Of a DNA stretch of 64,000 bases, positions 26,554-39,805 are shown piece by piece. The notes beneath the pieces were generated by a model, which was not told the DNA's origin, searched no databases, and saw only the letters and a program-made list of their open reading frames with translations. A program made the position numbers and the translations under genes. The stretch is from the NCBI RefSeq assembly GCF_006345805.1, contig NC_042997.1:184636001-184700000 (forward strand). The letters run 5' to 3'. Position 1 is the stretch's first letter. Each line of letters starts with the position of its first letter. Origin of the DNA: Octopus sinensis (Eukaryota).

Positions 26554-29500
26554 TTTAGATCTTGTATTAATGGCATCCTAAAACTTCTCTTTTAGTTGGT
26601 CATGTGGCTTGAGAACATACGAGAATTTGTTTAGGAAATTTTGTTTAGTGTTTTAATAACAGGATGAATATTAATTTTCTTTCAGCTTATTGTAACAATT
26701 TATTTTGATTTTTATTGTTATTTGTGTGATTTGTTTTTGTCTGTAGAAAAACCCAATACTTTCTGAAGAATATTAGAAAATATTTTATAAAATTACCCCA
26801 TCTAATAAAATATTCAGTCTTAGCTTAAACTCTCAACTGATAAAACAAACTGATAAAACGAATGCCTTCGTTTCAGTTACATACTTTATTAATTCTCGAT
26901 TGAAGACGAAGTAGTCTTTTATCTTTTTGCAATCCTTTACAGCTGGTTTTGTAATATTTGGCTATCTGCAATAGTTACTACACATCTGCCTTCGATAGAT
27001 AATCCGGTTCTTATAAGAATCGAACCTATTATCTGATATTTCATCGTCCAGCATACGTGTAATTGTGTTGCAAGAACAGTGGGATACTATGCCGCTTGTA
27101 GTCATGGCCATTGAAGGAGATGAAACCAATACAGTTATTAAAGTATCTAATTAATCAATTTCATAGTGCTGTCGCTTCATAAGGCTGGGATCAAAACAAT
27201 TTCACTCTTTCGTATCTGCTTTGATAATCATAGACAAACAGCGCTGTATACAGACATCATACTCTCTGAAGGTTGTCATAAGAATGTGTAATATTGATTA
27301 CGTCATAGGAGGTACACAGTAGCATGTGAAGACATATGATAATGTATCTCTGAGGCGCCACTATGTGGTGATAAGTTTGTTTTCCAACTAAACAATTCCA
27401 GGTTCAGTCTTACAACACAGCGCCTCGGGCAAGTGGCTACAACTATAGCTGCAAATCGACCAAAACCGTGTGAGTAGATTTAGCGGACAGAAATTGAAAG
27501 AAGAGGTCTGTCGTGTGTGTCTATGTGTATTGGTATTTGAGTGATTGAAAGGGTGTATGTATGTATAACACTTCACAATTAGTATTGGTTTGTTTCCATC
27601 CTTGTGACACACAATGAATATGCAAGCAGTGTGTGTTATCAATTGCAATTTGTAAATTTTGAGGTTCAGTTTTGTTATAAAATTGATAAAATTAAGTCAT
27701 TTCTTCGGCTCCCACTCTCTCTCTCACTCTCTTTAACCTTCCACTTGTCTGTATACATACATACACACGTGCAAACACATGTTCACACAGACAAATGCAT
27801 AGGTATATATCTGCGAATGTAGTGCTGATGTGTCGGTAGACTCGTGTGTGTGTGGGTTGAGTTTCTCTCAGATAGCCTCTTTGTTACAGTTTGATACTAA
27901 ATGATACCTCACAAATCCATAACCAAGAAACAATCATAAAATCGACGCTATCATCACTCCAGTTTTGTTCATATCCGCGTAACCACGTATGCGTAAATTT
28001 AGAGCGCTGTATTTGTGCGTATTTCTCATTTATTATTAATGTAATCTAAAGTAGTTCTGCTATGAGTAGTCTCTTTAAGACTGGGTAGAATTTGAACTCT
28101 AGAATTGGTATATAGACAAACATTATTCCTGAAACTTGTCACTTCATATTACAGGATATACGTCTTGACAATTGTAACCCACCTTTTAAACAGAAGGTTA
28201 AGAGAATAACGGAAAGTTGCGATGGAAGTCTATTAGTCACTGAATCGATTTGTAACCTCATTGATTAAACTCCGCTAATGTTCTTCAGACATAAATTTTG
28301 AAGCATAAACATTATAGATTTGTTGCCTTCTGTTCTGCGTCCATTATTCCATAGTTATTGTCTCAGTAGAGGCAGTTCTCTGTAGCCAGCCTTCTTCATT
28401 AACTAACACCCAATGCTTTCCGATAAGAAATCTTTTATTAGAAGCATATCAGTTGTCCATGAGATCTTTGAGAAATTACATTAATAGAATTACAATAGCG
28501 GAATGACTATGATGTCAACTTCTTCGTGTCTGTGTTTTGATTTTATTAGTTATCAAAGATGTTTGCTATTCTTCGGAAAGATATTAGACTTGTTAGCCTT
28601 CTCGTTTTAAATGCTTGGAACTAGAGAACTATTAGTGAGTTAGTTCGATGGGAAGGTATTTGACTAACTCGATAATTTAAGTGATTATGAAGGTTACACT
28701 TTTGATTTCGAATATCATGAGGTCTGATATATGTTGTTGAATGGAATTTGGTTATTATAAATCAGTTTCCACTTCCTCTTATCGTGTAATATGATATGGA
28801 CGAGCTGTTCGATTGTTAACACATGTTCAATCCGTTCCGTCTAAATGTTTACCATATATATTCATATTGTAGATGCAATGAAATATCTGTATATTTTTTA
28901 GCATTAAGATTCGCGTAGAGGGGAGCTGCCTTAATGTAGATACAACTGTTCTTTAGATACATCACTTGACCAGATTCACGGAAATAATGAAATAATTCTC
29001 TTGTTTTGGTGCATTTGGTGCCTTGATATTAACGGGAAGCCCGGACTACTTAATTTTGTAAGAAAATAGTGATGCCATGTCTTAGTTAAACATGTTTTAG
29101 CACGTGTGTTTAAAATTATTCCTAGTATCTTTCTACTATATAAGTTCTATATTATAAGTTGGACAAGGGGGGGGGTGATTGAAATCGCGGATGGCCAGTC
29201 TAAACAACAGAAGGTTGATTTTTGTGAAGCGAGTGTAAGGCTTACAACTGACTCCATGCTACTTATGGTACCCAAATCTTTGGTGCTGGTATTCAATCCC
29301 AAGGCACGTTAGTTCTGCTACAAAGTTAGGGCATGATTGTGACAGAACCCTCCCCCCCCCAGATCTATTACATTCACAAACGGATTAAGTTTGTACATGT
29401 AAACCACGATGAAAGAAGATTCGTAAAGTTGTGTTTTTTTAGTTTTCTTATGTTCTTTGACCTTTAATTTAGAACCTTGCTTCAAACGTCTCAATCCTCC

Positions 29501-29559
29501 TTTCGCGACGCATACGTACGCTCACCCAAACAAACTAACATATGCATTCATACGTACAT

Positions 29560-30400
29560 ACATGCCTGTTCTGTTTTTTAACTTTACAAAACTAATAAAT
29601 GTGAATGTTTTCCATGTAGTCCCATTCGACAGTTTTCTTTTTAATTTTGTTTCTGGTAAGATAGCAGTTAAGTAACAGTAGATTGATATTTACAGGTCCT
29701 CCCAAAAGAGCAAGATTGATGCAGATGATTTTGGTTTGGTCAGTTCGATATCTATAGGATAGATACCGTATGATGCTTCTAGAATCTCAGTGAATAGATT
29801 TGGTGTGTGCTTAGTATGAAAGGTTTGGAATGTCAGTGGTTGACCTGTGTGTGCTGAAGTTTAATGATAAGTGAAGCGCAGTATCATTTGTATAGGACTG
29901 TATAGTAGCAGCCAGTGCAGAGGACGAACAGTTTCGAAATTTAAATGAATATTGGTGAGGTACACAAAAATTTATAATAGAATGTAGGCTGATAAAAGAC
30001 CCGTCTGAATCAGCGCAACATGAGTCTTCCGGTCCAAGAAGTGAGAGACAGTTAAAACAAAAAGGAGGAGAGGCGACTCGGGATATTCTCAAAAGAGGTT
30101 TGTTGCAACAACGTGGGTGTTTCCACAAGCCGTTCTTTGTATAATATTTTATTGATATTCTCCCACAGGTGTCCTACTTAATCGCGGTGTATTTTATGAG
30201 CTTGTATGAGTTTTGAGTGGTTTGGATGATTTTTGTGTTGTTGTGAAGTCATTGTGAGTAATGTGCATAGTTGTATGTGTTTCATTAACTCTATATTACT
30301 TATACGTATGGTAGTTTGGTTTATAGCGTATCTTAGTAGTTGTCTTTTGTTTGGGCGTATAATGGTCTTTGCATATGCGTTTGGTTATGGTTGTTTCTGT
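29560..30400 (-). pseudogene. Highly degenerate Penelope-like reverse transcriptase fossil
   Basis: Frameshifted motifs occur in the expected order: KLPY, TTQKSSKPLK, LWENIN, NLF..NIP, NCSSSALA, a degenerate YIDD region, IYPIDIELTKPKSSASIL and DL*ISI. Identified by eye only. Confidence 0.5.
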
Positions 30401-30480
30401 GATGGTGGTGATGGTGAGGACATTATTTTGCAGTTGGAAATAGTAGTAGTGTGTTGTTGTTGAGCATCGTCCCTTTCGTC

Positions 30481-30870
30481 AGCTGGAAGAAACGTTAGCA
30501 TGCCGGGCGAAAAGCTTACCAGTATTTCGTCTGTCTTTGTGTTCTGAGTTCAATTTCCGACGACGTCGACTTTGCCTTTCATCCTTTCGGGGTCGATAAA
30601 TTAAGTACCAGTTACGCACTGGGGTCGATATAATTGACTTAATCCGTTTGTCTGTCCTTGTTTGTCCTCTCTGTGTTTAGCCCCTTGTGGGTAGTAAAGA
30701 AATAGGTATTTCGTCTGTCTTTACGTTCTGAGTTCAATTTCCGACGTGGTCGACTTTTCCTTTCATCCTTTCGGGGTCGATAAACTAAGTACCAGTTGCA
30801 TACTGTGGTCGATCTAATCGACTGTCCCCCTCTCCAAATATTTTGGACTTTGTGCACAGAGTAGAGAGAA
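30481..30870 (+). mobile_element. Family E dimer (head-core-tailX-core-tailY)
   Basis: Two core units joined at GAAATAGGTATTTCGTCTG. Confidence 0.88.
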
Positions 30871-30877
30871 AGAGACG

Positions 30878-31120
30878 TGATACCCGTGATACCATTAGGA
30901 ATTGGTACACTTGAAGTACCAGCACTCAACTACCAACATGATTGTAAAAGATTAGTGCAAGTCTGAAGGTAGAACACCTACAAATATCAGCATTACTTGA
31001 AACTACAAGAATTCTTCGCAGAATTGTTGAAGCACGACCAGTAAACAAGTGGTCAGCTGACACTTTCCATCATACTCAGCAAAATAAGCTGTGAGTGTTC
31101 ATATAATAATAATAATAATA
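30878..31120 (+). pseudogene. 3' end of an R4/Dong-like non-LTR retrotransposon (REL endonuclease C-terminus plus 3' UTR)
   Basis: VIPLGIGTLE...ISASLKVEHLQISALLETTRILRRIVEA resembles the VIPIVIGALG...LQKxALLGTARILR terminus. Ends in (TAA)n. Confidence 0.7.
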
Positions 31121-31323
31121 CTTTCTACTATAGGCATGAGGCCTAAAATTTTGGGAGAGGTGAACTGTCGACACCAGTGCGTAACTGGCACTTAATCTAT
31201 CGACCCCAAAAGGATGAAAGTGAAAGTCGAGCCGGTGGCATTTGAACTCAGACTGTGAAGACAGACGAGATATCGCTAAACATTTCGCCTGGCGTGCTAA
31301 CGATTCTGCCAGCTCGCTGCCTT
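31120..31323 (-). mobile_element. SINE family E with tail Y
   Basis: Head, core and tail Y. Other old family E copies lie at about 6575-6720, 15726-15930, 18567-18770, 25265-25582, 55320-55510 and 60578-60830. Confidence 0.75.
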
Positions 31324-31624
31324 AATAATAACAACAACAACAACAGCAATTTCTGACAGACATTTGGAATGAAAGAATTTGTCAATAAAAATAGATTATT
31401 GTACTTGACGTTTAGTTATTTTAGATATCAATTTGAAAGTTATGCTGTGGTTTACTAAAGCGAAGTATTTGAAGTTGTGGGCATGAAACAGATTTAGAAG
31501 CATTTAAGTACACTTTACTTGAAAAGTATGGAATTTTGTTTAAACTTAATTTATGAATTAGGCATAGTTAATGAGCCAATACAAAATAGTTTTAATCAAA
31601 TATTAAATATATAAGCACAGATAT

Positions 31625-32607
31625 AAGAGAGCGGTTAAATAGTCAGCTTCATGAAGCTTCTGGTTTTGGGTCCAGTTCCTCTACGTGGCACCTTCAGCAA
31701 GTATCTTCTGCAGACCTGGACATACCAACGACTTGTGAACGAATTTATTTGGCGGAAGCTGTGTGTGTGTATGTGTGTGTCTTTGTATGTATGTATGTGA
31801 TAGTGTATGTGTGCTTGTCTCTATATAAGTTGTCTTTGCGTGACACGCGTCGATTACCGGGGTTTCCTAGATTACGCTCGCGTAACTTAGCGGTTATACA
31901 AAATGGACACCGATAGAATAATTACTTATTTATTTATTGCCCACAAGGGGCTAAACACAGAGGGGACAAACAAGGACAGACAAACGGATTAAGTCGATTA
32001 TATCGATCCCGAAAGGATGAAAGGTAAAGTCGACCTCGGCGGAATTTGAACTCAGAACGTAACAGCAGACGAAATACCTATTTCTATTTCTTTACTACCC
32101 ACAAGGGGCTAAACACACAGAGGACAAACAAGGACAGACAAACGGATTAAGTTGATTATATCGACCCCAGTGCGTAACTGGTACTGAATTTATCGACCCC
32201 GAATTGATGAAAGGCAAAGTCGACCTCGGCGGAATTTGAACTCAGAACGTAACGGCAGACGAAATACCTATTTCTTTACTACCCACAAGGGGCTAAACGC
32301 AGAGTTGACTAACAAGGACAGGCAAACGGATTAAGTCGATTACATCGACCCCAGTGCGTAACTGGTACTTAATTTATCGACCCCGAAAGGATGAAAGGCA
32401 AAGTCGACCTCGGCGGAATTTGAACTCAGAACGTAACAGCAGACGAAATACCGCTAAGCATTACGCCCTGCGTGCTAACGATTCTATCAGCTCACCGTAG
32501 AATCAATACGATAGAGTATTTGGAATCAATACGATAGAGTAAACACGTTAAGGCAGAAGGAGTGCTCCAGCATGGCAGCATTTCAATCACTGCAATAGGA
32601 AAAGAGT
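31625..32607 (+). mobile_element. Old family A SINE interrupted by a nested family E tandem array
   Basis: Head and core occupy 31625-31922; the tail resumes at about 32500-32607 (GTGCTCCAGCATGGC). Confidence 0.65.
31928..32497 (-). mobile_element. Family E head-to-tail trimer (period about 190 bp)
   Basis: Three core/tail units, with junctions at about 32071 and 32261. Confidence 0.9.
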
Positions 32608-34473
32608 ATATACTAGTATGTAGTTTAGATTACATGCATTAAAACACTTTTTATGTTCGTATTTCACGATTTTGATCCATTTTGTGAAGATGTGAAAAAG
32701 TCGGCGCTTTTATTCAATTTAGAGAACGAAGAAGAATACACCGATATTCTAAATAAATGCAATAACTGCATCATCACTTGTAAAATTGATTATCGAAATA
32801 TACTTCACTCTCCTCTATCTTCCAATAAACAGCAAGAAGTGTTCAAGCCTTCAGAAATAATACTGCCCCTGCTGATGGTTTTGATAATATTCGTTTTAGA
32901 GATTTAGAAAAAGCAAGAACACCTAAGAACATTCAATGGTAGATATCTTTCAATTATCTCGTAGAAATTTTGTCAATCTTTACTTGCTGCCGGAGATAAA
33001 CGTTATCGGAATTGTACTTCCAAAATGAATATATAAAAAGCAAAAAAAAAACCCCCAAAAAATACAAAAAAAAACTACCAAGAGATATTAAAATGTTTCG
33101 ACCTACTTTGTTCTCCAGAATCAAATTATAGCACATTTCTTTTTACAGCAATTGAAAGGAGTTATTTTCTCAATGTACATTGATTTTTTTTATCTACCGA
33201 CTTACATATCTACCTACCTACCTTTCACAATTAAACAACATTCTTTCTCTTCACTCGCCAGAAAATAAGCCATATAAAAAAACTTCGCCATTAACCTAAC
33301 CAAACGTCCTCGTCGGCTTCACAATGTGCGCCACCACCCGCATCCACATACGACCACCATGACGACAACCACCACCACCAGCACCAGCACCACCATCATC
33401 ATCATGGTCATCATCATCCCGTATTATAGTCACTCATCAGCTTTGAGAAACAGTGAAATTTGGGATTTTACACATCTCTGTGTTGCTGTGGTTTACAATC
33501 TGTGGAAATCGGCCTCTTCCGTTAGCTTCATGCGTGCAAAATGAGATCGAAGGCAGTACTTTTATCTCCGTTTAAGAGTATGTCCCATATTTCTTCAACC
33601 AATAAATGTTTTTTTTTAATCTTTATCATATCATCATGCCATCGTTATCATCCTCAGTTGCAAGATAGTTGTTTTACTCATTCTCACTATCTAGCCCTTC
33701 TGGCGTATATAGATGTATGATCTGAAATTTTTTGGATATTTTCCTCGGTTTTCGTGTTTTACTGAACACCTGGAAAAGCGGCCAAATCTCTCACCTGCTC
33801 TAATTGCTATTGCTGCTTAACTCTGTTACGTACATGATAAAGCAGGCCTATTATCAAACCCCTGCCCGTAATGGTTAGTCAGTTTCTCCTTTTTCAGATA
33901 CAGTCAGCTCAGGACAACAATATCCAATGATATCATTATTTAAAACTATAAAATAGGTGAGCTGGCAGCCTCGTTAGCATATTGGAAGAATGCTTAGCGG
34001 AATTCCTTTCGATTTTACGTTCAGAGTTCAAATCCCACCGCGGTCGACTTAGCCTTTCATCTTTTTAGAATGGTAATCTATTAACACTAATTGAAACATA
34101 CAAAGTACCCTAGGGCCGTGGTTTAGAATGGTAAATGTATGATATACAAATAATTAATGCAAACAACTGGTGATAAATACACGTGCGAATGCCTCCACCC
34201 CCATCATACACTGAGATACATCTGTTTTTTTTTTGTTTTTTTTGTTGATTTCATATACAAAAGGCAACATAAATTTTAAAAATATGCTTTGTTGATAAAA
34301 TCAACATCTGAATCAAATTTGTTGATAATTCAAATTTTGCTTGTTAATACAGATTAAGTTTTTCCAATCAAGCATGAAGCTTTAATTTCTCATGAAATTG
34401 ATTGGATTATTTTTTGTTTTCAAATTATCTTACTTTTCTTCAAGAAATTATTAACAATTAACTCTAGGTTTGT

Positions 34474-34785
34474 GGAGGCACATGGCCCAGTAGTTAGAGC
34501 AGCGGACTTGCGGTCGAGGGATCGCGGGTTCGAATCTTAGACCGGGCGATGTGTGTGTTTATGAGCGAAACACCTAAGCTCCACGCGGCTCTGGCAGAAG
34601 GTAATGGCGAACTTCTGCTGACTCTTTCGCCATAACTTTCTCTCACTCTCACTCTTTCCTCCTGCATCTTGCTGCTCACCTGCAACGGACCGGCGTCCCG
34701 TTCAGGTGGGGAACTTATACGTCAAGGAAACCGGGAAACCGGCCCTTATGAACCAGGCATGGCTCGAGAAGGAACAAACAAACAA
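34474..34785 (+). mobile_element. SINE family C
   Basis: Full-length match to 19364-19667. Confidence 0.9.
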
Positions 34786-34963
34786 ACCCTAGGTTTAGTA
34801 TTTAGTTCTCCAAATTAAACGAAAATTTTAATTCATTAAAATTTATGTTTGTACGTTTTTCAATATATTACAATCTACTTGAGTAATCTAAATTTATACT
34901 GTTGTGCCCGTGTTAGTTCCCTTAACTATCGTTGGTTTCGTAGTTATATAAATTCTACTGAAT

Positions 34964-35282
34964 GAAGGCGCATGGCTCAGTGGTTAGAGCGTCGAGCTTA
35001 CGATCGTGAGGTTGTGAGCTCGAATCACGTGTTGTGTTCTTGAGCAAGGCACTTTATTTCACGTTGCTCCAGTTCACTCAGCTGTAGAAATGAGTTGCGA
35101 CATCACAGGTGCCAAGCTGTATCGACCTTTGTCTTTCCCTTCAATAACACTGGTGGCGTGGAGAGAGGAGGCTGGTATGCATGGGTGACTGCTGGTCTTC
35201 CATAAACAACCTTGCCCGGACTTGTGTCTAGGAGGGTAACTTTCTAGGTGCAATCCCATGGTCACTCATGACCGAAGGGGGT
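34964..35282 (+). mobile_element. SINE family D (CORE-like TGTGTTCTTGAGCAAGGCACTT domain)
   Basis: tRNA head GAAGGCGCATGGCTCAGTGG. The same tail occurs at 45478-45668 (minus). Confidence 0.85.
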
Positions 35283-36224
35283 ATTTATTATTTACTGAGA
35301 TGACCAAAAATCTCCATAACACTTTCTAATTGTAAAATCTTATTTTAACTAACTCTTGAGAAAACCGAAACACGTTTGTAGCTTTAACTTCTTATCACAT
35401 CAAAGATCAAGTGTCTCAAATTCCCGTGAAAACGTTTGATATTGCTTGAAATTATCTCCCTTCCTCTTTGCGAGATACTATCATTTACTACTAGCTTTCT
35501 GTCACAAACTAAGGTGCAATTTCTATTCAATATTTCTTTTTCGTACGTCATTCAGTACATCACCGCCTACCTGACATATACAAAAAGGAATTGAAACGTT
35601 AATGATTTATTCACGTCAAGACAGTTAAAAAAAAAATCGAATATTTCTCAAAGTTGTAACGTCTTAGTTAAGTTTCTGAATATTGGATTAGTTTGCTTTG
35701 CTTTATCAGTTCTTTTATCGATTAAATTGGCAGTGTCGATTGTAAAATAGTGTCTGCACCTATTCACACAAAGAACAAATCACTCAGCATTGATTTGATC
35801 TAATCACTTAAAGTGAAATTACATAAAGCGAGAAACCAATTTGACACGTTATTACAGAAAGGAGAGTTAAGTTTTTCATTCAGACGATAAAGTTTGGTGA
35901 TTGCAACGAGTGATTAATCGTATGTATCAGAGCATACGTGTCTGTAATTAGAGTATAAGCCTTTCCAATTAGCGTATATGTGTGTATAAAATTAAAGGGT
36001 GTCTTTTAAATAACGATTCTGTAAGATTGGTTTAAAACTGTCTCTTCTACTTACATGATTTGTCTTTCTTGCAGATAAAATAAGTATTCGTAATTTTGTA
36101 GTCATTGTTTTTTGATGTTTAATACTTCTTCCGCGATAAATGAGGATGTTTGAATAACAAATGTTTGTTTTATTATTATTACTTTTTGTTACAGTAGATA
36201 TTCTTGCTTATATATACATAGAAA

Positions 36225-36545
36225 ATGGAAGATTTCAGGGGAATGGCTTTTTGTGAGACAGATGGTTCGAGTTATTTGAATCGCATTAAATCCTAGTTAC
36301 AAGACTCTCTTCAACAAGAGATTATTGCAGTACTACAGCAGTAGTCGATATACACCCATTTTAAAGATATATACAGCAATTATATAAGTTGTTTTTGTAT
36401 TTGTTGAGGATTAAATCAAGCAAGCAGTGTGTGCCCATCGCCTTTGAAGTCCTGCCCGAGATAGGTAACTCAATGCAGTTTAGGCTCATCTTAAACTACT
36501 GGAAATCAATGTTTGTATAAAGAACGCGGCGTATTGGGAATGAAG
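36225..36545 (+). pseudogene. Possible CRE-like non-LTR REL endonuclease fossil
   Basis: VPIAFEVL followed in another frame by EINVCIKNAA resembles the FVPIAVETLG...SVAIQRGNAA terminus. Confidence 0.3.
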
Positions 36546-36660
36546 TGGAGTTGATACTATGGAAATGACGATTTGAAATAAAAAGTGGATGTCAAACTCA
36601 TTACCAATAATGATTTTGACCACTAGGGCATACACAAAATTTGAAAAAAAAGAAGGAACA

Positions 36661-37062
36661 TCTATTATATTAAAGCCGTTCTGTCTGTCTGTGTGTGTGT
36701 GTGTCTTCTAGGATCTCGGGCATCCTCCATCCAATTGCGCTCAGATTTGATAGGTAGATACCGACGGTATCAGGGCGTGTATAAGTCTGGAAAAATTTGC
36801 AAAAATCGATTCCAGGTGAGAATGCGATCGATAAAGCTGTGGGAACGGGCATTTATACGCGCAAGTGCATCAGCTGTTGCGATCGGTAATACGCGTACGC
36901 GAGAAAAATGCACGGTGTCTCAAATTTAGGTTAAATCAATCAGTGTTTCTCAAAAGGGGGAAGCCTATGGGACGGTCGGACAAGGTGTTCTGAGAAAATT
37001 TGGTTTAAATGTTTGACAACACAGCACCGTCCATTTGACGGGGGGGGGGGGCGTTTTACTCG
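36661..37062 (+). mobile_element. Non-autonomous Helitron (about 400 bp)
   Basis: A|TCTATTATATTAAAG 5' end followed by (CTGT)/(GT) repeats; 3' hairpin CCGTC-CATTT-GACGG, then CTCG|T (CTAG variant). Inserted between A and T. Confidence 0.65.
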
Positions 37063-37761
37063 TATAAGAATAATATAAATTATACTATGGACAATAACTC
37101 GACTAGTAGTAAAATAAAAAAAAAAACTCTGATGCTTAGAGGCTACATTCTATGAAAAACACTTTCAATGCAATAGTACAAGATACAGTATGTAATGTTC
37201 GCAGCACATAACGCTAGCTACACTCTTACACTGTAAACACTGTACGTAACCAGGAACGAATAAAATCAAAGCTACACTTGTATAATCCACGCACTGTTAC
37301 TATAGCACATAGCACAGCCCACAAAACATTGATGTTCTAAACAAACGGTTGTTATAAAACGGTTCAATACACCATATATAACACACTGTCTATACGAGTA
37401 AAATCAGTCCCTGAAGCACATAACACAACTCACATAATGCAATCACTTTATAACAAAATAACGGAACTAATGCAGAATATACTCTAAAAAGCAACAGGAA
37501 CAAAAGCTGACATCAAAGGAAAAATGACTTAGCAAAGGAAGACAATCCTACGTCTCTAAAAAGCAATATTCCACACATCAAGATTACATGTTGGTGCAGT
37601 GCACTTTGTAGTGCATTAGAACTTCACAGGCAGTTATTTAAGACATATGAAGACAATATCGATGAGAATAAAGAAAAAAAAAGATGATAATGATGAAGAT
37701 ATTGATAGTAAACCAAATGAATTATTCATACCTTTTCCCGTTTCACTATGTAGCAATGTGT

Positions 37762-38108
37762 GGAGGCGCAATGGCCCAGTGGTTAGGGCAGCGGACTCAC
37801 GGGCTTAGGATCGCAGGTTCGATTCCCAGACTGGGCGTTGTGAGAGTTTATTGAGCGAAAACACCTACAGCTCCACGAGGCTTCGGCAGGGGGTGATGGT
37901 GAACCCTGCTGTACCCTTTCACCACATCTTTCTCTCACTCTTTCTTCCTGTTTCTGTTGCACCTGTATTTCAAAGGGCTAGCCTTGTCACACTCTGTGCC
38001 ACGCTGAATCTGTAGAGTGCTCAGCCATTTGCACGTTAATTTCACGAGTAGGCTGTTCCGTTGATCAGATCAACTGGAACACTCGTTGTCGTAACCGAGA
38101 GAGTGCCA
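37762..38108 (+). mobile_element. SINE family B head with tail A
   Basis: Family B head followed by the CCTGTATTTCAAAGGG...GATCAACTGGAAC tail. Confidence 0.88.
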
Positions 38109-38133
38109 CCAATATAGCAATACGTGGTACATA

Positions 38134-38593
38134 CAGAGGTTGGACAATATAATGGAAAACACCTTAAAATTTCAAACAAATTTATGTTAATATTGGGTAG
38201 CACCGCCTTTGGCAGTAATTACAGCTTGAATTCTACGAGGTATGGACTCGTACAAAGTTTGAATTGCTTCCAAAGGAATTTTTGTCCATTTTCAGTTAAA
38301 ACAGTCTCCAGTTCTTGTAGTGATGATAGTGGAGGATATCGACTCCTTACTTGTTTTTCTAAAATGCTCCATAAATGTTCAATAATATTGAGATATGGGG
38401 ACTGTGGTGGCCAGATGAGATGTTCAACTTCACTCGAATGTTCTTCGTGCTATTCAGTAACAACTTTAGCTGTGTGAATTGGTGCATTATCATCCTGAAA
38501 GATTGCGTTTCCCTCCGCAAACATAGGATGAATTTGATCAGATAAAATGCTTAAATAGTCTTGACTATAAATTCTGCCATGAAGGGAAACCAT
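38134..38593 (-). mobile_element. Tc1-family transposon 3' half (TIR plus transposase C-terminus, pseudogenised)
   Basis: TA|CAGAGGTTGGACAA... TIR end. The minus strand encodes FQDDNAPIHTAKVVTE*...WPPQSPYLNIIEHLW...IPRRIQAVITAKGGATQY* (stop at 38187-38189). Truncated by a SINE at about 38591. Confidence 0.92.
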
Positions 38594-38890
38594 GGCCTAG
38601 TGGTTAGGGCAGCAGAATCGCGGTCGGTGGATCGCGGTTTCGATTCCCAGACCGGGCGTTCTGTGTGTTTATTGAGCGAAAACACTTAAAACCTCCATGA
38701 GGCTCCGGCAGAGGGCTGGTGGTGATCCCTGCTGTACTCTTTCGCCACAACTTTCTCTCACTCTCTCTTCCTGTTTCTTGAGCAACGCTTCGATGGACTG
38801 GCGTCCCATCCAGCTGGGGGAAATAAATACGCCACAGAAACCTGGAAACTGGGCCCATGAGCCTGGCTAGGCTTGAAAAGGGCGACGTCG
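38591..38890 (+). mobile_element. Family B head with tail B (V-SINE-like core)
   Basis: Contains the CGATGGACTGGCGTCCCATCCAG core and matches 51137-51446. Confidence 0.85.
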
Positions 38891-39366
38891 TTTATCGTAT
38901 ATGAACATATGCATACACGTACATACACTTAGAGTGCTACTCATCAATATGATGAGTAAGTTTGGAAATATACAATTGCCACTGCGGATAATATTAAGGA
39001 AATATGACTTCCGCACAATAATTATGTGCGTAATAATTCATCAGAATTCATCCAATTAAATTTCCATAAAATTAAATAAAACGATTGTATGTCTCCTCCA
39101 ATAGATACTCAGTCGTTTATTCCGTCTCCTCCTTCTCTGACTGTAAGATATTGTGTGTATATGTGTGTATTGAGTACTTATATTCATTACCTATCATCAT
39201 ACCTAATTTGTGTACTCGTCCAGCATCTGTTACATTAACTCTCACTCTATCTCTATTTCATTCTCGTTCCCCCTCTCACTATATTATGTAAAGTGTGACT
39301 GGAGATATCAACCAACATTTATATCAGCCTTTATTAAATGTGTGTACATTCATACATATCTCTCCT

Positions 39367-39805
39367 CTGTCTGTCTGTCTGTCTGTCTAGCTGTCTGTCT
39401 GTATGTCTAGCTGTCTGTCTGTCTAGCTGTCTGTCTGTCTGGCTGTCTAGCTGTCTAGCTGTCTAACTGTCTGTCTAGCTGTCTGTCTAGCTGTCTAGCT
39501 GTCTGTCTAGCTGTCTATCTAGCTGTTTGTCTAGTTGTCTATCTAGCTATCTAGCTGTCTATCTAGCTGTCTGTCTAGCTGTCTGTCTAGCTGTCTGTCT
39601 AGCTGTCTAGCTGTCTGTCTAGCTGTCTATCTAGCTGTTTGTCTAGTTGTCTATCTAGCTGTCTGTCTGTCTAGCTGTCTATCTAGCTGTCTATCTAGCT
39701 GTCTGTCTAGCTGTCTATCTAGCTGTCTATCTAGCTGTCTATCTCGCTGTCTGTCTATCTATCTGTTTATCTATCTATCTGGTTATCTATCTATCTATCT
39801 GTCTG
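39367..39805. repeat. Compound tetranucleotide satellite (CTGT/CTAG/CTAT)
   Basis: About 440 bp built from CTAG-CTGT-CTGT/CTAT 12-mers. Confidence 0.95.

Noticed and set aside
31928-32497. CRISPR-like or satellite array
   Set aside because: The units are whole SINE core/tail modules with no unique spacers, in a eukaryotic context.
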